A stretch of 64,000 nt of DNA from Dehalococcoidia bacterium. Lineage in GTDB: Bacteria; Chloroflexota; Dehalococcoidia; UBA2979. Of the stretch, positions 27,666 through 38,694 are shown in pieces (positions within the stretch are counted from its first letter, which is position 1; every line of letters begins with the position of its first letter). The notes below the pieces were generated by a model. The model worked only from the letters and a program-made list of their open reading frames with translations. It made no database searches and had not been told where the DNA came from. The DNA lies in NCBI GenBank assembly GCA_965219085.1, contig OZ244720.1, positions 448,001 through 512,000 of the forward strand. Reading direction: 5' to 3'. Position numbers and translations under genes: made by a program.

Positions 27666-28718
27666 GTGACGGCTGAACAGATTCGCCTCACCGAGCTCGC
27701 ATCCTGCGGCGGCTGAGCGGGGAAGCTGGGTCTCGCGACCCTGGCGCAGGTGCTGCGCCCCCTGCACGAGGTCTTCGCTCCCGGGCAGCACCCCGAGCTG
27801 CTCGTCGGCCTGGCGCCGTCCGATGACGCCGCCGTGTACCGGCTGAGCGACGACCTCGCGGTCATCCAGACGCTCGACTTCTTCCCGCCCGTGGTGGATG
27901 ACCCGTACACCTACGGCCAGATCGCCGCGGCGAACGCCATGTCCGACGTCTACGCGATGGGTGGCGAGGTGCGGCTCGCGCTCAACATCGCCGCGTTCCC
28001 GGAGGACCTCGACCCCGAGTTGCTCGCCGAGATCGTGCGCGGCGGCGCCGACAAGGTGGCCGAGGCGGGCGGTGTCGTCGCCGGCGGCCACACCGTGATC
28101 GACCAGGAGCCGAAGTTCGGGCTGTCGGTGATGGGCGTGATCCACCCCGACGCCGTGCTCACCACCGGTGGCGCGCGGCCCGGAGACGCGCTGCTGCTCA
28201 CCAAGCCCCTCGGTACCGGCATCCTCATGAGCGCGGCCGGCGCGCAACACGACGGCGTCGAAGCAGGCTTCGAGGCGGCCGTCGAGTCGATGCGGACGCT
28301 GAACCGCCACCCCGCGCACCTCGCGCGTGCCGCCGGCGTGCACGCGATGACCGACGTGACGGGCTTCGGGCTCGCCGGGCACGCCTCCGAGATGGCGCTG
28401 CAGAGCGGCGCGACGCTCGTGATCGACCTCAACGCGCTGCCGCTGCTGCCCGACGCCGCGCGCTTCGCCGCCGACGGCGTCGTGACCGGCGGCGGCAACC
28501 GCAACGTCGCGCACCTCGGCGACCGCATCCGCATCGAGGGCGAGCCGGAGCAGGCGCTCGTCGACGTGTTCTACGACCCGCAGACCTCGGGCGGCCTGCT
28601 CATCGCGCTGCCCGCGGCTGACGCCGAGGCGCTCCGCGAGGCGATCGCGGACGGGGGCGGCGGATGCTGGCGCATCGGACACGTCGAGGAGGGCCCGCCG
28701 CTCGTGGTGACCCGGTGA
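27666..28718 (+). CDS. selD: Selenophosphate synthetase, selenocysteine-containing (UGA at 27714-27716)
   Basis: GTG start after GGAGG; IRLTELASCGG-UGA-AGKLG in frame with DDAAVY, QTLDFFPPVVDDP, ANAMSDVYAMGG, TDVTGFGLAGH, DPQTSGGLL. Confidence 0.95.
27725..27745 (+). promoter_or_regulatory. Putative bacterial SECIS element of selD
   Basis: GGGTC-TCGC-GACCC stem-loop with a bulged U; loop begins 16 nt after the UGA. Confidence 0.65.
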
Positions 28719-29446
28719 CGCCGCTGGCCCGCGCGGCGCTTGGGGCGCTGGGGCTCGCGCTGGCGCTGCTCGCCGCGTCGTGCAGCGGCGGCGAGGACGC
28801 GCCCGAGGCCACGGCGACCTCGACACCCACGGCCACCCCCACGCCCATCGACCCCGCCGCCCTGATCCGCGAGTCCGCCGGCCGCATGGAGGCCGTCGAG
28901 CGCTTCCACTTCACGCTCGATCACGAGAACGGGGCGAGCGAGATCGTGCGCGGCATCATGATGGTGTACGCCGAAGGCGACATCGGCGGCGCGCAGCACA
29001 TGCGCGCGGCGATCGAGGGTGCGCTCGGAACGCTCAAGTTCGAGACGGGCGTCATCGTGCTGCCCGAGGGAAGCTGGATCCAGAACCCCATCGACCGCAG
29101 CTGGGAGCCCGAGGACATTTCGATCGATGCGTTCTTCGACCCGCAGGAGGGCGTCGCAGCTCTCATGCGGGCGGTGCTCGACCCTGTCCTCGACGGCCGC
29201 GAGCGCGTCGGCGGCGTCGAGGCGTACCGCATCGAGGTGACCGCCGACTCGGGCGACCTCGCGATCTTCCCGACCGCCACGCCGGGCTTCGAGGTGCGCG
29301 CGACGCTGTGGATCGGCGTCGAGGATCTGCTCGTCTACCGCGTCGACGTGCGCGGGGCGATCTCCGAGACCGAGTCGCCCGACATCCTGCGCCGCCTCGA
29401 GTTGAGCCGCTTCGGCGAGGACGTGGACATTGTCCCGCCGCCCTGA
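28715..29446 (+). CDS. LppX/LprAFG family lipoprotein
   Basis: Lipobox LAASC, Thr/Pro linker, HFTL, FFDPQEGVAALM, E.VGGVEAYRI, ATLWIG, LSRFGEDVDIVPP; GTGA overlap with selD. Confidence 0.75.
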   Translation: MTPLARAALGALGLALALLAASCSGGEDAPEATATSTPTATPTPIDPAALIRESAGRMEAVERFHFTLDHENGASEIVRGIMMVYAEGDIGGAQHMRAAIEGALGTLKFETGVIVLPEGSWIQNPIDRSWEPEDISIDAFFDPQEGVAALMRAVLDPVLDGRERVGGVEAYRIEVTADSGDLAIFPTATPGFEVRATLWIGVEDLLVYRVDVRGAISETESPDILRRLELSRFGEDVDIVPPP

Positions 29447-30926
29447 TCCTGGTCGCGCGGAGGCTGGGGATCTCGACGCGGCCGGGTCGCGCCACAGCGC
29501 ATGGCTGCTGATCGCCGTCGCGGGCGGCGTGTTCATCGCCGCCGACGATCAGACCTCGGTGGTCACGGTGCTGCCTGCGCTGATCCCGGACATCGGGCTG
29601 GCCGTCGACGACTTCTTCCTCGCGTCGTGGGTGATCAACGGGTACCTGCTCGGCTACATCGTGGCGCTGCCGATCGTGGGCCGCATCGCCGACGCGCGCG
29701 GTCACGGGCGCGTCTACGCCGCGTCGCTGGGCGTGTTCATGCTGGGCAGCGCGCTGGTGGCCGCTGCGCCGGACTTCTGGTTCCTGGTCGTCGCGAGGGG
29801 CTTGCAGGCCGTCGGGGGCGGCGCGGTCGTCCCGGTGGCGATGGCGATCGTCGTCGGGCAGATGCCGCCCGGGCGCCGCGCGCTCGGCCTCGGCGCGATC
29901 GCCGCGGCGTCCGAGGGGGGCGCCCTCGTCGGCCCGCTCTGGGGCGGCCTCATCACGGAACTGCTCGGCTGGCGGTGGATGTTCTGGCTCAACATCCCGA
30001 TGTCGCTGCCCGTGCTCGCCGGCGTGTGGTGGCTCGCGCGCAACGAGCGCGCCGAGGGGCGCATCGACTGGCCGGGGGCGGCGATGCTCGCCGCCGCGCT
30101 GGCCGCGCTCACCATCGCCATCGCCGACGACCCGATCGCGCCTCGGCCGTGGGCGATCACCGCGCTGCTGTTCACGGTCACGGCGGCGCTCGCGGTCGCG
30201 TTCGCGCTGCGCCAGCGCGGGCTCGAGGAGCCCATGGTGCGGCTCGCGATGTTCGCGCCGAGGCAGGTGTCGAGCTCGGCGGTGATGAGCGTGCTCGTCG
30301 GCGCGGGGCTCATCACCGCGCTCATCAGCGTGCCGCTCTTCGTCAACCTCGTGCTGGTCGAGCGCCCCATCGACGGCGGCGTGACACTGCTGCGCTTCAC
30401 CGCCGCCGTGCCCGTCGGCGCGCTCGCGGGCGGGTGGGTGACGGGGCGGATCGGTCCGCGTCTGCCGGCCGCTGTGGGCGTGCTGCTCGGGGCGATCTGC
30501 TTCGCCGGGCTCGTCGGGTGGGGCGAGGTGCTCCAGGAGGTCTGGCGCACGACACCGCTCGTCGTCGGGGGCTTCGGGTTCGGGCTGCTCATCGCCCCGC
30601 TCGGCGTGGCGGTGCTGAGCCATGTGCGCGACGAGGAGCGCGCCGTGGCCGCCTCGTGGCTCACGCTCGCGCGGATGGTCGGGATGCTCGTGGGCACGGG
30701 ACTGCTCACCTCGCACGGGCTGGGGCGGTTCTACGCGCGTGCCGGCTCGATCGAGTTCGGCTCGCCCGAGTTCGCCGAGCTGGTCACCGAGGCCCAGGTG
30801 TCGACGTTCCACGAGATATGGGTCGTCGCGGCTGCGGTGTTGGTGCTCACGGCCGCGCTGGCGTGGTGGCTGGGCGGCGATGGAGGGACGGGCGAGGGTG
30901 CGGCGGAGTGGTGGTCGGCGCGATGA
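29430..30926 (+). CDS. 14-TMS MFS transporter (P55/Rv1410c-like)
   Basis: YLLGYIVALPIVGRIAD, RGLQAVGGGAVVPV, GPLWGG..WRWMFWLNIP, ARMVGMLVG..LTSHGL.RF. Confidence 0.85.
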   Translation: MSRRPDPGRAEAGDLDAAGSRHSAWLLIAVAGGVFIAADDQTSVVTVLPALIPDIGLAVDDFFLASWVINGYLLGYIVALPIVGRIADARGHGRVYAASLGVFMLGSALVAAAPDFWFLVVARGLQAVGGGAVVPVAMAIVVGQMPPGRRALGLGAIAAASEGGALVGPLWGGLITELLGWRWMFWLNIPMSLPVLAGVWWLARNERAEGRIDWPGAAMLAAALAALTIAIADDPIAPRPWAITALLFTVTAALAVAFALRQRGLEEPMVRLAMFAPRQVSSSAVMSVLVGAGLITALISVPLFVNLVLVERPIDGGVTLLRFTAAVPVGALAGGWVTGRIGPRLPAAVGVLLGAICFAGLVGWGEVLQEVWRTTPLVVGGFGFGLLIAPLGVAVLSHVRDEERAVAASWLTLARMVGMLVGTGLLTSHGLGRFYARAGSIEFGSPEFAELVTEAQVSTFHEIWVVAAAVLVLTAALAWWLGGDGGTGEGAAEWWSAR

Positions 30927-30972
30927 GGATGATCCGTTGGGCGGGTGGCGCCCGGCGGGGCCCAGGCGCGAA

Positions 30973-30996
30973 CGCGCCCCGGGCAACCGGGGCGCG
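30973..30996. terminator. Hairpin between convergent genes (CGCGCCCCGG-GCAA-CCGGGGCGCG)
   Basis: Perfect 10-bp stem downstream of the acyl-CoA dehydrogenase stop. Confidence 0.6.
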
Positions 30997-31020
30997 CTGC
31001 GTTGTGCGTGCGAGGTGGGG

Positions 31021-32244
31021 CTAGCCGCGCGGCAGCGCCAGTCCGCGCGTCGCGATGATGTTGCGCTGGATCTCGTTCGAGCCGCCGAAGATCGTGAACA
31101 CCACGCTGTGCACGTAGAGCTGCGTGAAGCGCGCGTCCAGCGGGGTCAGCTCGTGCGCGCGGTCCCAGATGTTCGAGTAGAGCCCGAACGCCTTCATGCC
31201 GGTGTTCGCCGTGCGCTGTTCCAGTTCCGAGCCGAAGATCTTCGAGGTTGACGCCTCGTAGTTCGGGACCATGCCGCCCGCCTGCATCGAGATGATGCGG
31301 AACGAGAAGTTGAAGAGCACCTCGGACTCGATCCAGCGGTCGGCGATCGCCGACCGCGTGGTGCGCGCCCGGTCCTGCGTCCGCAACTGGCCGTCGTCCG
31401 TACCCATGTAGTCGATGAGCGACCGGAGCCGCCGCCGCGTCTCGACGGCGCCGGCGATGTTGGAGCGCTCGAAGTCGAGCAGGGTCATGCCGACGTACCA
31501 GCCGCGGTTGACCTCGCCGATGACGTTGTTGGCCGGCACGTGTACGTCCTCGAAGAACGTCTCGTTGGTGGCGTGCTCAAAGCCCATCGAGATGATGGGG
31601 CGGACGGAGATACCGTTGTTGGTCTGCGGCATGACCATGAAGGTGATGCCGCGGTGCTTCGGGGCGTCGGGGTCGGTGCGGAACATCCCGAACAGCCAGT
31701 TGGACTTGTGGGCCGAAGAGGTCCACATCTTCTGGCCGTTGATGATGTACTCGTCGCCGTCGCGGATGGCGCGCGTCTGCAGCGAGGCGAGGTCAGAGCC
31801 GGCGCCCGGCTCCGAGAAGCCCTGCGACCACAGCATCTCGCCGCTCAGCGACGGCGCCAGCAGGCGCTCCTTCTGCTCGTCGGTGCCGTGGATCAGGACC
31901 GTCGGCCCGAGGAGCGAGAGGCCGCTCCCGCCGACCATCGGCGCCTCGGCCTCGGCCATCTCCATGTTGAAGATGAACTGCTCCATGGCGGTGAGGCCGG
32001 CGCCGCCGTACTCCTGCGGCCAGTGCGGAGCGACCCAGTTGCGCGACGACATGGTGTCGGCCCACTCCTGCGCCGCGGCCTTCGCCTCGTCGCTGCCGTG
32101 GGCCATGTCCTGCTGCCAGTCATCCTCGAGGGTGACGGCGTTCCAGACCCGCTTGTCCCTGTAGTACTGCGGCAGGTTCGAGTCGATGAACGAGCGCACG
32201 TTCTCGCGGAACGCCGCCTGCTCTGCCGTGTCTTCCCAATCCAT
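31021..32244 (-). CDS. Acyl-CoA dehydrogenase (tandem copy 1)
   Basis: WPQEYGG, QGFSEPGAGSDLASLQTRA, INGQKMWTS, NETFFEDVHVP, TIFGGSNEIQRNIIA. Confidence 0.95.
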   Translation of the reverse strand: MDWEDTAEQAAFRENVRSFIDSNLPQYYRDKRVWNAVTLEDDWQQDMAHGSDEAKAAAQEWADTMSSRNWVAPHWPQEYGGAGLTAMEQFIFNMEMAEAEAPMVGGSGLSLLGPTVLIHGTDEQKERLLAPSLSGEMLWSQGFSEPGAGSDLASLQTRAIRDGDEYIINGQKMWTSSAHKSNWLFGMFRTDPDAPKHRGITFMVMPQTNNGISVRPIISMGFEHATNETFFEDVHVPANNVIGEVNRGWYVGMTLLDFERSNIAGAVETRRRLRSLIDYMGTDDGQLRTQDRARTTRSAIADRWIESEVLFNFSFRIISMQAGGMVPNYEASTSKIFGSELEQRTANTGMKAFGLYSNIWDRAHELTPLDARFTQLYVHSVVFTIFGGSNEIQRNIIATRGLALPRG

Positions 32245-32361
32245 GTGCTGCCTCCTCGTGTGCGCGTCGCGTCCCGCGTGCTTGCTGCGGGGGATTCTAC
32301 CAGCCCTTTCGTTACGTCCCCGGCGGTCGGCCGAGCGCCTTCGGCGGCGGGCACACGCAAA

Positions 32362-32385
32362 CGCGCCCCGGTTGCCCGGGGCGCG
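32362..32385. terminator. Hairpin downstream of copy 2 (CGCGCCCCGG-TTGC-CCGGGGCGCG)
   Basis: Same stem as 30973-30996 with a reverse-complemented loop. Confidence 0.6.
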
Positions 32386-32409
32386 CTGCGTTGTGCGTGC
32401 GAGGTGGGA

Positions 32410-33633
32410 CTAGCTGCGAGGCAGCGCCAGTCCGCGCGTCGCGATGATGTTGCGCTGGATCTCGTTCGAGCCGCCGAAGATCGTGAACACCACGCTGTGC
32501 ACGTAGAGCTGCGTGAAGCGCGCGTCCAGCGGGGTCAGCTCGTGCGCGCGGTCCCAGATGTTCGCGTACAGGCCGAACGCCTTCATGCCGGTGTTCGCCG
32601 TGCGCTGCGACAGCTCCGAGCTGAAGATCTTGGAGGTCGACGCCTCGTAGTTCGGCACCATGCCGCCCGCCTGCATCGAGATGATGCGGAACGAGAAGTT
32701 GAACAGCACCTCGGACTCGATCCAGCGGTCGGCGATCGCCGACCGCGTGGTGCGCGCGCGGTCCTGCGTCCGCAGCTCGCCCTCGTCCGTGCCCATGTAG
32801 TCGATGAGCGACTCCAGCCGCCGCCGCGTCTCGACCGCGCCGGCGATGTTGGAGCGCTCGAAGTCGAGCAGCGTCATGCCGACGTACCAGCCGCGGTTCT
32901 CCTCGCCGATGACGTTGTTAGCGGGGACGTGTACGTCCTCGAAGAAGGTCTCGTTGGTGGCGTGCTCGAAGCCCATCGAGATGATCGGGCGTACCGAAAT
33001 GCCGTTGTCGGTCTGCGGCATGACCATGAAGCTGATGCCGCGGTGCTTCGGCGCGTCGGGGTCGGTGCGGAACAGCCCGAACAGCCAGTTGGACTTGTGG
33101 GCCGTGGAGGTCCACATCTTCTGGCCGTTGATGACGTACTCGTCGCCGTCGCGCACCGCGCGCGTCTGCAGCGAGGCGAGGTCTGAGCCGGCGCCCGGCT
33201 CGGAGAAGCCCTGCGACCACAGCATCTCGCCGCGCAGCGTCGGCGCCAGCAGGCGCTCCTTCTGCTCGTCGGTGCCGTGGATCAGCACCGTCGGACCCAT
33301 CAGCGAGAGGCCCTGCCCGCCGACCATGGGGGCCTCGGCCTCGGCCATCTCCATGTTGAAGATGAACTGCTCCATGGTGGTGAGGCCGGCGCCGCCGTAC
33401 GCCTGCGGCCAGTGCGGGGCGACCCAGCTGCGCTGCGACATGCGGTCGGACCACTCCTGCGCCGCGGTCTTCGCCTGGTCGCTGCCGTGGACCATGTCCA
33501 TCTGCCAGTCATCCTCGAGGGTGACGGCGTCCCACGCGCGCTTGTCCTTGTAGTACTGCGGCAGGTTCGAGTCGATGAACGACCGGACGTCATCGCGGAA
33601 CGTTGCCTGCTCTGCCGTGTCTGCCCAATCCAT
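32410..33633 (-). CDS. Acyl-CoA dehydrogenase (tandem copy 2)
   Basis: Same motifs and length as copy 1; about 35 of 407 aa differ by manual count. Confidence 0.95.
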   Translation of the reverse strand: MDWADTAEQATFRDDVRSFIDSNLPQYYKDKRAWDAVTLEDDWQMDMVHGSDQAKTAAQEWSDRMSQRSWVAPHWPQAYGGAGLTTMEQFIFNMEMAEAEAPMVGGQGLSLMGPTVLIHGTDEQKERLLAPTLRGEMLWSQGFSEPGAGSDLASLQTRAVRDGDEYVINGQKMWTSTAHKSNWLFGLFRTDPDAPKHRGISFMVMPQTDNGISVRPIISMGFEHATNETFFEDVHVPANNVIGEENRGWYVGMTLLDFERSNIAGAVETRRRLESLIDYMGTDEGELRTQDRARTTRSAIADRWIESEVLFNFSFRIISMQAGGMVPNYEASTSKIFSSELSQRTANTGMKAFGLYANIWDRAHELTPLDARFTQLYVHSVVFTIFGGSNEIQRNIIATRGLALPRS

Positions 33634-33730
33634 GTGTTGCCTCCTCGATGCGCGCGTGGCGTCCCCGCGTACTTGCTGCGGGGCAGTCTACCAAGCTTTC
33701 TTGTTACGTCTCCCCCGTCGCCGACCCTCG

Positions 33731-34396
33731 TCAGGCGGCGGTGATGAACTGGTGGAGCAGGTCGTAGACCTCCTCCTCCACACCCTGGAGACGGTGCCCC
33801 GTGCCCGGCAGGATCACCATGTGTTTCGGGTCCTTCGCGCGCTGGTAGATGTCGTCCGAGGCCAGCGGCAGCAGGACCTGGTCGTCCGCCCCGTGGATCA
33901 GCAGCAGCGGCTTGTTGAGCTGTTCGACCTCCTGTGTGCCGTAGCGCTGCGCGGCCAGCGCCGCCACGGCCGTGAGGAACGGGCTGAGCACGCCCGACTT
34001 GATCGCGACCGCCCCGGCGTACGAGTGCCCGACGACCACCGCCCGGCCGCCGCCGAGCCCCTTCAGCAGCGAGCACGCCGCGAGGACGTCGATCACGGTC
34101 TCCTCGAGCTCACCGCTGAGCCGCGGGTTGATGCGCAGCGAGGTCACGCCCTGCTCGACGAGGTCCTCCGCGAGGCGGGCGTAGACGCCCCCGGCGGGGC
34201 CCTCGGCGCCGACGAAGATCGCGCACTTCACGCTGCCCTCGCTCGGGTCCATGAGCGCGGTGAGCGGGCCGTGGTTCGTCTCGATGCTCAGCTCCAGGCG
34301 ATTGCCCTCGCCCGTCGGCTGCGCGGAGACCTGTTCGATGCGAACGACGATGTCGCCGTCCGGCTCGGCCATGCTGCCGGATCCCTGGCTCACCAT
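33731..34396 (-). CDS. Alpha/beta hydrolase (dienelactone hydrolase-like)
   Basis: VVGHSYAG, PLLLIHGADDQVLP, GTGH; SD GGAGG. Confidence 0.8.
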   Translation of the reverse strand: MVSQGSGSMAEPDGDIVVRIEQVSAQPTGEGNRLELSIETNHGPLTALMDPSEGSVKCAIFVGAEGPAGGVYARLAEDLVEQGVTSLRINPRLSGELEETVIDVLAACSLLKGLGGGRAVVVGHSYAGAVAIKSGVLSPFLTAVAALAAQRYGTQEVEQLNKPLLLIHGADDQVLLPLASDDIYQRAKDPKHMVILPGTGHRLQGVEEEVYDLLHQFITAA

Positions 34397-34427
34397 CGCT
34401 TGCCTCCCCGTGCTGGGGGCCTCGTCA

Positions 34428-35060
34428 TCATCGTCCCCGGCGGCCGAAGCGTTCGCGGAACTCCTCGGTGGTGTTCACGTGCGGGTACGGGTCGTCGGGC
34501 ACGGGCACGTCGAAGAACTCGCACAGCGGCCCCCAGCCACTGCCGGTCTCGTAGACTAGGAGCCGGTCCGGCGGGATCGTCGCCTTCACCTTCTCGGTGT
34601 GCGCCTCGTAGACGCCGATGACGTGGTCCTTGTCCTCCATGCGGTCGTCGAAGTTGGCTTCCCAGATCAACGAGTTCGCCCACTTCGCCCGCTCCCGCTC
34701 CGTCTCATCCTCGGCGGTCAGGCCCGAGGACGTGCTGAGGTGGATCGTGTTGCGGATGCTCGCGTACCAGCGCTCCGGGTCGCGCACGCTGAGCAGCACC
34801 TTCGACTCCGGGTAGTGCTCGGACAGCTCCTCCCAGAAGTCGCACGCGGGCCAGTCGACCGAGGCCTTGAAGCCCTCGAAGAGGGCATCCCAGTCGACGG
34901 GCTCGCCGCGCCGGGCCGCCGACCACTGGTCGCGGTGGTCCGGATAGTTACCGACTTCGAGCATGTGGTAGCACTTGTCGAAGCCGATCTGCTCCAGCGC
35001 GTGCTTCAGCGAGAGCGTGCCCGTGCGGCCGAAGCCCGCGCCGACGATATCCAGCGCCAC
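34428..35060 (-). CDS. Sulfotransferase family protein (P-loop, Sulfotransfer_4 type)
   Basis: IVGAGFGRTGTLSLK.ALE.IG..CYHM, VDWP, RDPERWY.S, GWGPLCEFF..PVP...YPHVN. Confidence 0.9.
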   Translation of the reverse strand: MALDIVGAGFGRTGTLSLKHALEQIGFDKCYHMLEVGNYPDHRDQWSAARRGEPVDWDALFEGFKASVDWPACDFWEELSEHYPESKVLLSVRDPERWYASIRNTIHLSTSSGLTAEDETERERAKWANSLIWEANFDDRMEDKDHVIGVYEAHTEKVKATIPPDRLLVYETGSGWGPLCEFFDVPVPDDPYPHVNTTEEFRERFGRRGR

Positions 35061-35067
35061 GGAGCCG

Positions 35068-36168
35068 CTACGCCTCGACCGTGGCGCCGACGCGTTCGAA
35101 GCAGTCCAGCGCCTCCTCGGCGAGGCCGTAGACGACGTCGGCGGCGGGCCGGATGGCGTGGATGCCGACGGCGCTCTGGCCGGCCGGGGTGGTCATCCAC
35201 TCCTCCATCTTGCCGTCCTTGATGCCGTCGAGGATGTCCCCGACGAGCATGCCCTGCAGCGGCATCGGCAGCGGGTCCGGCGCGTCGGGCTGCTTCCACG
35301 CGTCCGACCAGCGCGAGGGCAGCTGGCGGACCGGCTTGCCGGACATCGCGCGTGACTGGATCGGGTCCTCGGCGCGCGCCTCGATCAGGCGCTGCTTGAG
35401 GAACATCTCGGTCTCCGACTCGTGTGTGGCGAGCCAGATCGTGCCCGTCCAGACGCCGGCGGCGCCCATGGTCAGCGTGGCTGCGAGCTGCTTGCCGTTG
35501 TTGATGCCGCCCGCGGCGAGCACGAGCGAGTTCGAGCCCTTCGCCATCTCGACCACCTCAGGCACGAGCGTGAAGGTGCCGACGGTGCCGCTGTGGCCGC
35601 CCGAGTCGTAGCCCTGCGCGACGATCACGTCGACGCCGGCGTCGACCTGGCGCTGCGCCTGGCGTGGCAGGCCGACCAGACCCCACACCTTCATCCCCGC
35701 CTCGTGCGCGCGTTCGAGGATGAACGCGGGGCTGCCGAGGCCGGACACGAAGATCGGCACCTGCTCCTCGAAGAGGACCTCAAGCGAGGTGCGCGAGCGT
35801 TCGAGCAGGTCGTGGCTGCTGGGCCTGGATTCGTTGGGGTCGGGGTCGGGGATGCCGTGCTCGTCCTTGAGGTTCTGGATGAACGCCCGGTGCTCGTCCG
35901 GGATCATCTCCTCGAGGTCCTCGAGGTTGCCCTGGACGAAGGACGCCGGCACGAGCAGGTCGATGCCGAACGGCTTGTCGCCGACCTTGTCGCGGATCCA
36001 GCGGATGTCGGAGCGCAGCTCGTCGGGCGTCAGGCTCGTCGCGCCGAGGACGCCGATGCCGCCGGCGTTGCTGACGGCGGCGATGACGTCCTTGGTGTGG
36101 GCGAACGCGACGACCGGCAACTCGGCGCCGTACTCCTCGCACAGTCTCGAATGCAGTGGGTTACTCAT
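35068..36168 (-). CDS. Nitronate monooxygenase / 2-nitropropane dioxygenase family flavoprotein
   Basis: AAVSNAGGIGVLG, KPFGIDL, VAQGYDSGGHSG, LAAGGI, GVWTGT. Confidence 0.88.
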   Translation of the reverse strand: MSNPLHSRLCEEYGAELPVVAFAHTKDVIAAVSNAGGIGVLGATSLTPDELRSDIRWIRDKVGDKPFGIDLLVPASFVQGNLEDLEEMIPDEHRAFIQNLKDEHGIPDPDPNESRPSSHDLLERSRTSLEVLFEEQVPIFVSGLGSPAFILERAHEAGMKVWGLVGLPRQAQRQVDAGVDVIVAQGYDSGGHSGTVGTFTLVPEVVEMAKGSNSLVLAAGGINNGKQLAATLTMGAAGVWTGTIWLATHESETEMFLKQRLIEARAEDPIQSRAMSGKPVRQLPSRWSDAWKQPDAPDPLPMPLQGMLVGDILDGIKDGKMEEWMTTPAGQSAVGIHAIRPAADVVYGLAEEALDCFERVGATVEA

Positions 36169-36312
36169 CGGGGGTCTCCTTTCGGTCAAGGCGGAGTCTA
36201 GGGGAAATCGAGCAGGCGGTGGCGGCCGGGGTCACATCCCCCGCGCCCGACGATGCGAGATACCCTCGACACGCGGCGGTCGAGGCGTCACGGGAGAGCG
36301 GGAGCGAGCGAT

Positions 36313-38268
<1,956 letters not shown>

Positions 38269-38281
38269 GAAGCCGGATGCG

Positions 38282-38308
38282 GTCTGCGGGGGCATTGCCC
38301 CCGCAGAC
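38282..38308. terminator. Hairpin between the S9 peptidase and the convergent small ORF
   Basis: GTCTGCGGGGGC-ATT-GCCCCCGCAGAC, perfect 12-bp stem. Confidence 0.7.
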
Positions 38309-38337
38309 GATCTATCATGGGTTGTATTAGCGTGAGC

Positions 38338-38457
38338 TTAGTCCAGCGTAGTGATGTTCACTATCGTGATGTCCACTGTAGTGTTGATAACGACTGAAAC
38401 CCGCAATAGTAGTGCAGCTAAGACAGCGCCACAAAGTAATCGAGCAGTTGTGTACAT
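38338..38457 (-). CDS. 39-aa hydrophobic small protein (type I toxin-like)
   Basis: AGAAAGGAGG SD 6 nt before ATG; MYTTARLLCGAVLAALLLRVSVVINTTVDITIVNITTLD; about 45% GC; hairpin downstream. Confidence 0.6.
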   Translation of the reverse strand: MYTTARLLCGAVLAALLLRVSVVINTTVDITIVNITTLD

Positions 38458-38694
38458 TGTGTTCCTCCTTTCTGGCGTCGGCGGGCGTCTGGCTCGACGC
38501 CCGGTGCTGATGCAGCGTCGAGGGCGACGGGTCGGACCCACGCCAAGTTCCGACCACGGACATGATACTACGGCGGCGAGACAGGGGTCATCGGAAGCCG
38601 TGACTAAGAGCGCGGGAAGCCGCACCGCGTCGGTTATCTCTGGCCACGCGCGCGGCGACCGGGCCGTACTGGGACAGCGCGCTAGGATTCGTAT

